IMG/VR virus record: IMGVR_UViG_3300037319_000172
Coordinates: 1 to 64,000 of that record
Origin: a virus
Length of the DNA: 64,000 nt
Direction: 5' to 3' (one strand)
A program made the translations under genes and the position numbers. Below, one piece after another: positions 58,617 to 64,000 of the stretch. A model generated the notes under the pieces. That model saw nothing but the letters and a program-made list of their open reading frames with translations, had not been told where the DNA came from and searched no databases. Numbering within the stretch: position 1 is the first letter of the stretch; each line of letters begins with the position of its first letter.

Positions 58617-59416
58617 TATAATTCCTTTTCTATTTTTTTGTTTAGCTTAATAATTTCTTTATTGTTTGATACTATACTTTCTTCTTTTGACTCTACATTA
58701 AAATATTTCCAACTTTTAATAAGTTGCAATTTACGATCTAACTGTGCCTTATCGAATTTACTTTCATCAAAATCGTAGTTTTTATCTGCACCGTTCTTAA
58801 CAACTCCAGCCCATGTGTATATTACAAAATCATCATCTTTATTTTGAACTTCCTGCCAAACATCCTCATCAGTTAATTTTGAATTCCTTTGTAAATCTAC
58901 TGTTAGTCTTTCGATTCTTTCTTTTTTTCTAATAACCTCTGTATTTAATTTTTCTAATTTAGATAACTTTTTAATTCTAGCAGAATAAGCCTTAGACCTT
59001 TCGCTTCTACCAGTTACTGGAAGATTCGTTTTAGTAATATATCTATAGTGTCTTACTTGAATTTGTCCACTTGCAATAATTACATCAGTTTCTAATCTAT
59101 ATCCTTTATCCTCTCTTAATACTCCTGCATTTATTTTCATAGTACCATTCCTTCCTCGAGATGTATTGATATCTGTAAGAGTATCTGTTGGTAGTGTGTA
59201 TTTTTCTAAAGATTTAAGTAGATTTAATGTTATATCCAATCGAGTGCTTTCTGCGTCTAGCTTAGAGAACTCTCTTTTCATTTCGTGAGTATAGTAGTGT
59301 TCAACATCCTTAATCATTTTAAGAATGTTAGGTTCTATTGCTGATAATATAGAATCTATTAAGTCGTTTGACTTAGATTCGTTTAAAAATTGATCGTATG
59401 TTTTAATTCTATTCAT
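58616..59416 (-). CDS. Putative internal head protein with coiled coil
   Basis: MNRIKTYDQFLNE; late promoter 4 nt upstream (59421-59428). Confidence 0.6.
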   Translation of the reverse strand: MNRIKTYDQFLNESKSNDLIDSILSAIEPNILKMIKDVEHYYTHEMKREFSKLDAESTRLDITLNLLKSLEKYTLPTDTLTDINTSRGRNGTMKINAGVLREDKGYRLETDVIIASGQIQVRHYRYITKTNLPVTGRSERSKAYSARIKKLSKLEKLNTEVIRKKERIERLTVDLQRNSKLTDEDVWQEVQNKDDDFVIYTWAGVVKNGADKNYDFDESKFDKAQLDRKLQLIKSWKYFNVESKEESIVSNNKEIIKLNKKIEKEL

Positions 59417-59426
59417 GTAGTATATA

Positions 59427-60356
59427 TTAAGATAAAATTAGCTCATTCATGAATTCTTTTCTGTATTTGATTAAAGCTAATTCTTTTGCTTTAACTTCTA
59501 GTTCTATATCAATATCCATGTTATAAGTTTCAATTTTTTCATAAATATAATCAGCATGAGCTCTTAGTATAACTGAATCATCTTCGTGTAATTTTTTTGA
59601 AGAAGAATAGTGACATAGTTGACGAATGCCGGCTGGCCATGTTTTAGCACATAATTCTAATGCATCTTTTTCAGGCATTGGATCTTCATAACATCTATGG
59701 TGGTGGTAATCAAACGTGATTGGAGTGCCACATGATTCGAATATTCTATATAAATCTTCTACGCCGTATTGAGAAGGCTTGTCATCATTTTCTAGAACCA
59801 ATCTTGTTTTAACAGTTTCAGGTAAACTTGGCCATACATCTATAAATCTTTGTATTGCAGCTTCTTTATCGCCATAAGAACCGCCAACGTGTATATTCAT
59901 AGCAGAGTTATGATCTCTAGCAAATCCCATTAAATCCATGATTTCGCCAGACTTACGCAATTCATTGATAGCACTTACAACAACTTTAGGAGTTGGACTT
60001 ACTAGCACGCAGAATTGACCAGGATGAAACGTTAATCTTTGGCCGTATGATCTTGCTAAAGTACCTGCACCTTTAAGTAGGTTTTTAATAACTGTATAGT
60101 TTGGCATTTCGCTGAATTCGTATTCACTCATCCAAGGAAACATACTAGAACTCATTCGATACATTGTAATTCCTTGTGAATGATTCCACTTTATAATTTC
60201 AATAAGATCTCGAAGGTTAGCTTCAGCTAATTCACTTGCATATTTTATACCTTTGGCAGTAAATGTACGTTTGATCATACTTCTACCTATTTTAATATCT
60301 TTTTCTTTTTGGAGAGTTAAATTAATACAACAATATCCGTAGTCTGCTTTTCCCAT
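59427..60356 (-). CDS. uvsE: UV-damage endonuclease
   Basis: GYCCIN, YRMSS, RLTFHPGQF, NIHVGG, LENDD, FDYHHH, HADY and EVKAKE. Confidence 0.93.
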   Translation of the reverse strand: MGKADYGYCCINLTLQKEKDIKIGRSMIKRTFTAKGIKYASELAEANLRDLIEIIKWNHSQGITMYRMSSSMFPWMSEYEFSEMPNYTVIKNLLKGAGTLARSYGQRLTFHPGQFCVLVSPTPKVVVSAINELRKSGEIMDLMGFARDHNSAMNIHVGGSYGDKEAAIQRFIDVWPSLPETVKTRLVLENDDKPSQYGVEDLYRIFESCGTPITFDYHHHRCYEDPMPEKDALELCAKTWPAGIRQLCHYSSSKKLHEDDSVILRAHADYIYEKIETYNMDIDIELEVKAKELALIKYRKEFMNELILS

Positions 60357-60366
60357 GTTTTGATGT

Positions 60367-60412
60367 TTATTAGTTATATGTAAATATAATACTTTTAATT
60401 GATATACGAAAA
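60367..60412 (-). promoter_or_regulatory. Early-type promoter
   Basis: TTTTCGTATATCAATTAAAAGTATTATATTTACATATAACTAATAA. Confidence 0.75.
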
Positions 60413-60423
60413 TAAAGAGTGAT

Positions 60424-60684
60424 TTAATCTACGTATTCTGATACGTTTTCTAATGTAAACCATTTTTTAGGTCTTCCGTCTATTTGTTTAAACTGATTAT
60501 ATTCTGATTCTGAATATGCGTAAGCTGCTGCCGCAAAGAATCCGTTATCTACTACGCATACCATGTTTTCTATGAATGCAGAATCATCAACATGAATCGC
60601 TCCCATTTTTGATAGCTTTTCACATTTTGAATTGAATGAACTTCCTAATTGAATTCCTTTGATTTGATTTACGTATTTTCCCAT
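60424..60684 (-). CDS. Hypothetical early protein
   Basis: 86 aa; VCVVDNGFFAAA...DGRPKKW. Confidence 0.65.
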   Translation of the reverse strand: MGKYVNQIKGIQLGSSFNSKCEKLSKMGAIHVDDSAFIENMVCVVDNGFFAAAAYAYSESEYNQFKQIDGRPKKWFTLENVSEYVD

Positions 60685-60694
60685 GTTTTTTTGT

Positions 60695-61033
60695 TTATTT
60701 TAAATTATTTTTACGGTAATTAGCAACTGACTTAATAATAATTTCTAATCTTGTATCAGGGTTATGTTCTAATACTCTTATAGTATTCATATAGTTACCA
60801 TACTCTGATTTTACCAACCTTTGCTTATTTAATTGGTAAATTACGCGTTGTTTGCTTTTAGTATAATATGATGTATGTGTATAAGATCTTCTAACGTATC
60901 CAGATGCGTAGCTTAAATAATTAACATCCATAAGAACATCACTGAAACATCTAGTTCCATTTTTCTTTTGTGTTTTTGATGTAGTTTCAACTAATTTAAT
61001 AGAGTGTAATTTGGTGTTTAAGTAATTTTGCAT
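60695..61033 (-). CDS. Hypothetical early protein
   Basis: 112 aa; SYASGYVRR...YQLNK. Confidence 0.65.
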   Translation of the reverse strand: MQNYLNTKLHSIKLVETTSKTQKKNGTRCFSDVLMDVNYLSYASGYVRRSYTHTSYYTKSKQRVIYQLNKQRLVKSEYGNYMNTIRVLEHNPDTRLEIIIKSVANYRKNNLK

Positions 61034-61043
61034 AATATGATTG

Positions 61044-61089
61044 TTATTAGTTATAAGTAAATATAATCATTTTATATGATATACGAAAA
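61044..61089 (-). promoter_or_regulatory. Early-type promoter
   Basis: TTTTCGTATATCATATAAAATGATTATATTTACTTATAACTAATAA. Confidence 0.75.
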
Positions 61090-61108
61090 TCCTAGGACTA
61101 TACTTTTG

Positions 61109-61131
61109 TTATTTATAATCATTATAGATAA
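61109..61131. promoter_or_regulatory. Palindromic operator-like site (Fur-box-like)
   Basis: TTATTTATA-ATCAT-TATAGATAA. Confidence 0.5.
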
Positions 61132-61139
61132 GACTGCAT

Positions 61140-61161
61140 AAAAAAAGGGACCGAAGTCCCT
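61140..61161 (-). terminator. Intrinsic terminator with a cUUCGg tetraloop
   Basis: Minus strand AGGGAC-TTCG-GTCCCT-TTTTTT. Confidence 0.88.
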
Positions 61162-61180
61162 GATCGACTGGCAGTCAATC

Positions 61181-61525
61181 TTATTTCCAAAAAACCTGGA
61201 TGCATAATATACCAAATGATAATATTATACACAGTAGTGTTTTCGTTGTTATTCCCTCATCCATCATAAAGTAAGTTATCGTGGTAAAAGTAATAATTCC
61301 ACATGCGAATCCAATAAACCTGCCTGGCCATATAGATCCATCGTAGTATTCTGCAACGTATCTAGTGGCATATATAAAAATATAGCTTATTATTGTTCCA
61401 CCTGTTATAGATAATATAATTGGATTCCTTTTAAACCAAGGCCATATAAATTGACCGTTAGTTTGAAACCAAATGAGCGCCTGTGCTAGCGTGAACAGCG
61501 CAACTCCAGTTATTAATCCTCTCAT
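61181..61525 (-). CDS. Small multi-pass membrane protein (about 4 TM; SMR/EamA-like size)
   Basis: Four hydrophobic stretches in 114 aa. Confidence 0.6.
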   Translation of the reverse strand: MRGLITGVALFTLAQALIWFQTNGQFIWPWFKRNPIILSITGGTIISYIFIYATRYVAEYYDGSIWPGRFIGFACGIITFTTITYFMMDEGITTKTLLCIILSFGILCIQVFWK

Positions 61526-62164
61526 TTAAAATAATTCCCCTGATGTGGTTAGTAGATGAGATATGAAACTATCTCTATGGTGTATATTTGATCCTGTTTC
61601 TCTAATCGCAGTTATATGTTGTTTAGTACCGTATCCTTTATTTGAATTCCAGCCATATATCATGAATTCTTCATTTTCGCTTAATTCTTTCATTAAAGAA
61701 TCTCTTCCAGTTTTAGCAAGAATAGAAGCTGCTGCAATTGATGTGTATTTATTATCACCACCGACTATTGTCTCAAACGGAACTCCATCATATCCATGAA
61801 ATTGATCTCCGTCTACTAATATAAAATCAAATTGTTTTTCGTTTTTATCTAGATTTACTAAACATCTTCGCATTCCTTCTAGAGTTGCTCTAAGAATATT
61901 CATATGTTCTATGTCTTTTACATCGACATGTTCTACATGATACGCTATTGCATTCTCTAAAACGATTTCACGAGCTAGTTTTCTTTCCTTTTCGTTAAGA
62001 AGTTTTGAGTCTTTAATTAATGGATGTTGAAAATTATGAGGCATTATACAAGCAGCAACAGTAACGGGGCCCGCTAGAGCGCCTCTTCCTGCCTCATCAA
62101 TTCCAACTTCTGTTATTGTTATATCTTTATTGAATGATCCTTTTAGTAAGATGTGTTTAGACAT
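61526..62164 (-). CDS. rnhB: Ribonuclease HII
   Basis: GIDEAGRGALAGPV, DSK, VDG, SIAAASILAK and NKGYGT. Confidence 0.95.
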   Translation of the reverse strand: MSKHILLKGSFNKDITITEVGIDEAGRGALAGPVTVAACIMPHNFQHPLIKDSKLLNEKERKLAREIVLENAIAYHVEHVDVKDIEHMNILRATLEGMRRCLVNLDKNEKQFDFILVDGDQFHGYDGVPFETIVGGDNKYTSIAAASILAKTGRDSLMKELSENEEFMIYGWNSNKGYGTKQHITAIRETGSNIHHRDSFISHLLTTSGELF

Positions 62165-62182
62165 ATATAGTTATTTTAGATA

Positions 62183-62210
62183 TTATACTTAAATATCTGG
62201 AATAGTTTAC
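62183..62210 (-). promoter_or_regulatory. Middle-type promoter
   Basis: GTAAAC-17 nt-TATAA. Confidence 0.55.
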
Positions 62211-62927
62211 TTATTCGTTGTCTAATTTCCATTTATCATACCTTTTAACTACATCTATAAGAATTTTAGCTCTTACGATATCTTTTTCAGTAAATGCGTG
62301 GTGTCCAATTCCTTTAATACCTTTCATTAATTCTGTAAAAGGTTCTATTCCTGCAGAATTCTTAGATATATCATATTGACTCACATCACCTGTTATGATC
62401 ACTTTAGAAGTCTTTCCCATTCTGGTAACAAATAACATTAACTGTTTAAATGTTGCATTCTGTGCTTCATCAAGTATCATCAGTGAGTCGTCATACGTGT
62501 CTCCTCTCATAAATGCTAAAGGTCTAAATTGTATTATCTCAGACTGTACTAATTGTTCTGTTAGAACTGGTCCTATTATTTTAGTTAAGTTAGAAATATA
62601 TGATTGCATATATGGATCTATTTTTTCTCCGATATCTCCTGGAAGAAATCCTAACTTTTCTCCAGCCTCTTGAATAGGCTTACATAAAATAATGTTTTTG
62701 ATTTTGTTATCTGCAAATAATTTTAATGCAGCGTAACATGCTGTGAATGTTTTTGAAGTTCCAGCAGGACCTGAACAAAAGGTTATATCATTCTCTAATA
62801 TATTTTGTAGATACGCTTTTTGAGATTGTCTTAATTGCGCTTTTATATCTGCTGGTTTAATAATGACTTTACGTCTGTTAATTCTGTTGTTATCGTTTCC
62901 GTTTGTGTTTTCAGAATTCTTCTTCAT
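62211..62927 (-). CDS. phoH: PhoH-like ATPase
   Basis: GPAGTSKT, EKLGFLPGD, LAFMRG, ILDEAQN and TGDVSQ. Confidence 0.93.
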   Translation of the reverse strand: MKKNSENTNGNDNNRINRRKVIIKPADIKAQLRQSQKAYLQNILENDITFCSGPAGTSKTFTACYAALKLFADNKIKNIILCKPIQEAGEKLGFLPGDIGEKIDPYMQSYISNLTKIIGPVLTEQLVQSEIIQFRPLAFMRGDTYDDSLMILDEAQNATFKQLMLFVTRMGKTSKVIITGDVSQYDISKNSAGIEPFTELMKGIKGIGHHAFTEKDIVRAKILIDVVKRYDKWKLDNE

Positions 62928-62946
62928 ATAATGTTAGTTGTTATGT

Positions 62947-63204
62947 TTAATCCCCTGCCATTTCGACAAGTTCTTTCAATTTCATTAATTTATCGCACTT
63001 CTCATACTCTTCCAATCTTTCGAAATACTGAACTAAGATATCGATAAATTCGCTTCTTTGTCCAATACCGTGAGGTATCTCGATTATATCATTTCCCTCT
63101 TTGAAAACGACAAATCTATTCACTGTCTTTGTGAAGTTACGTGTTATTGTGTAATACGAAGATCTCATTAAAGAGTCTCTGTCTTCTCCTAGGATATCTT
63201 TCAT
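62947..63204 (-). CDS. UVR-like motif protein
   Basis: C-terminal YFERLEEYEKCDKL. Confidence 0.55.
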   Translation of the reverse strand: MKDILGEDRDSLMRSSYYTITRNFTKTVNRFVVFKEGNDIIEIPHGIGQRSEFIDILVQYFERLEEYEKCDKLMKLKELVEMAGD

Positions 63205-63312
63205 TTGATTGATTTATTTTTATACTCTGCCATTATATTCTATATATTAAGTAGTGCCTTGTGGTACTGACATAATATGAATTAAAGTATAATGATATTA
63301 TATTATCAAATG

Positions 63313-63501
63313 TTATTCCTGGTTATTAAATTTGTTTTCAACGTACTTTGCTTTTTGCATTTTAGTACGCTTCTCGACTGAAGGTTTCGTATAATCTTTT
63401 CCTTCTCTAAGGGCTTTAGTTTGCCCTGTTCTGTTTACTTTATATTTGAATGACTTTAAAGCCTTTTCAATGTTTCCTTTTTCTACTTTTATTATTAACA
63501 T
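63313..63501 (-). CDS. rpsU: Phage-encoded ribosomal protein bS21
   Basis: MLII...NIEKALKSFK...LRE...YTKPSVEKR...QKAKY, a Bacteroidota-type bS21 pattern. Confidence 0.9.
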   Translation of the reverse strand: MLIIKVEKGNIEKALKSFKYKVNRTGQTKALREGKDYTKPSVEKRTKMQKAKYVENKFNNQE

Positions 63502-63749
63502 TCTAGTTTGTCAATGATTTTTTTAATATTAGAACATTTCTCATATTCCTCGCATCCTTTAAAAAAGTTTAATATGTTAGTTAACGCTTCAACCTTCTCT
63601 AAAGGATCTGTGTTACTTTTAATAGCTCGATCTTCGTCATTAATAACTGCATTGTAAATCATGTTCATCATTGTTTCTTTGGAACCTTCCTGCAGATTTT
63701 CAATTCTGTTTGAATCATTACCATCGTATGTGTCATCTAGCTCATGCAT
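63495..63749 (-). CDS. UVR-like motif protein
   Basis: C-terminal FFKGCEEYEKCSNIKKI. Confidence 0.55.
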   Translation of the reverse strand: MHELDDTYDGNDSNRIENLQEGSKETMMNMIYNAVINDEDRAIKSNTDPLEKVEALTNILNFFKGCEEYEKCSNIKKIIDKLEC

Positions 63750-64000
63750 TGTCTAACTCTTTAATTTTTTTAATGTGTTCTAATTGTTTTTCGTTTAATG
63801 TAATATTTGATGTTCTTAATTTAACCATCAAATTACCGTATTGGTTGGTATTATATATCGGAAATCCCATACCAACAATTCTTAAAATTTTACCATCAAA
63901 TGAGTTCTTAGGTACCTTTATCTTTACGCTATTAACTTTAGTTGTAACTGTAAAGTCTCCTCCTAATAACATATCATAGAACGGCATATTATAATCTAAC
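63742..64000 (-). CDS. DnaJ/CbpA-type co-chaperone, C-terminal part (begins beyond the window)
   Basis: MLLGG...VKIKVP...GKILRIVGMGFP...YGNLMV DnaJ C-terminal domain. Confidence 0.8.
   Translation of the reverse strand, partial: LDYNMPFYDMLLGGDFTVTTKVNSVKIKVPKNSFDGKILRIVGMGFPIYNTNQYGNLMVKLRTSNITLNEKQLEHIKKIKELDNA

Noticed and set aside
138-63979. All + strand ORFs in the track (e.g. 3439-3951, 20829-21242, 30259-30696, 43272-43511)
   Set aside because: They lie antisense to well-supported minus-strand genes and are Ser/Leu/Phe-rich, as expected for shadows of Glu/Lys-rich coding sequence; none has a recognisable motif
1-64000. CRISPR array, tRNA/rRNA genes, DGR, introns or inteins
   Set aside because: Intergenic gaps are short and explained by promoters and terminators; I saw no regularly spaced repeats, cloverleafs or reverse transcriptase, and helicase and primase are of normal length. 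This was by eye only; tRNAscan and Infernal were not run
1-64000. Stop-codon reassignment as seen in some Bacteroidota phages
   Set aside because: Conserved genes are full length and densely packed under code 11, and TAG is used as a genuine stop (e.g. primase, 14671)

Overview
This AT-rich 64 kb window is part of a large T4-like myovirus (jumbo-phage type) genome. Essentially all real genes are on the minus strand in genetic code 11; the + strand ORFs are antisense shadows. The host is most likely Bacteroidota (Flavobacteriia-like). Evidence: Bacteroidota-type bS21 and bS1 homologues, TAnnTTT-type -7 promoters, A-rich leaders without Shine-Dalgarno sequences, and a Bacteroidota-type spanin. 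Modules from left to right: (1) putative internal head proteins with a shared N-terminal motif (1-4555); (2) an Ala/Met-repeat and fibre-like cassette (4961-10152); (3) replication/recombination genes uvsW, uvsY-like, primase, ssb and RuvC-like (10228-15593); (4) tail, baseplate and neck genes plus a spanin, an amidoligase and ribosomal protein S1 (15594-52162); (5) hypotheticals and dCMP deaminase; (6) a second cluster of motif-bearing head proteins (55274-59416); (7) uvsE, RNase HII, phoH, bS21, two UVR-motif proteins and a DnaJ C-terminus. Three promoter classes are readable directly from the sequence. The two most interesting signals are: (a) about 13 proteins with a T4-like capsid-targeting N-terminus and (I/L/V)-x-E cleavage motifs carrying unrelated cargo domains, suggesting a packaged and injected protein library that includes a ligase-fold enzyme, a polyprotein and a fusion-peptide-like glycine zipper; (b) an apparent translation-control layer of phage bS1 and bS21, leaderless late mRNAs, and hairpins that enclose late promoters and hide start regions. 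All functional calls come from motif recognition by eye; no database searches were run.
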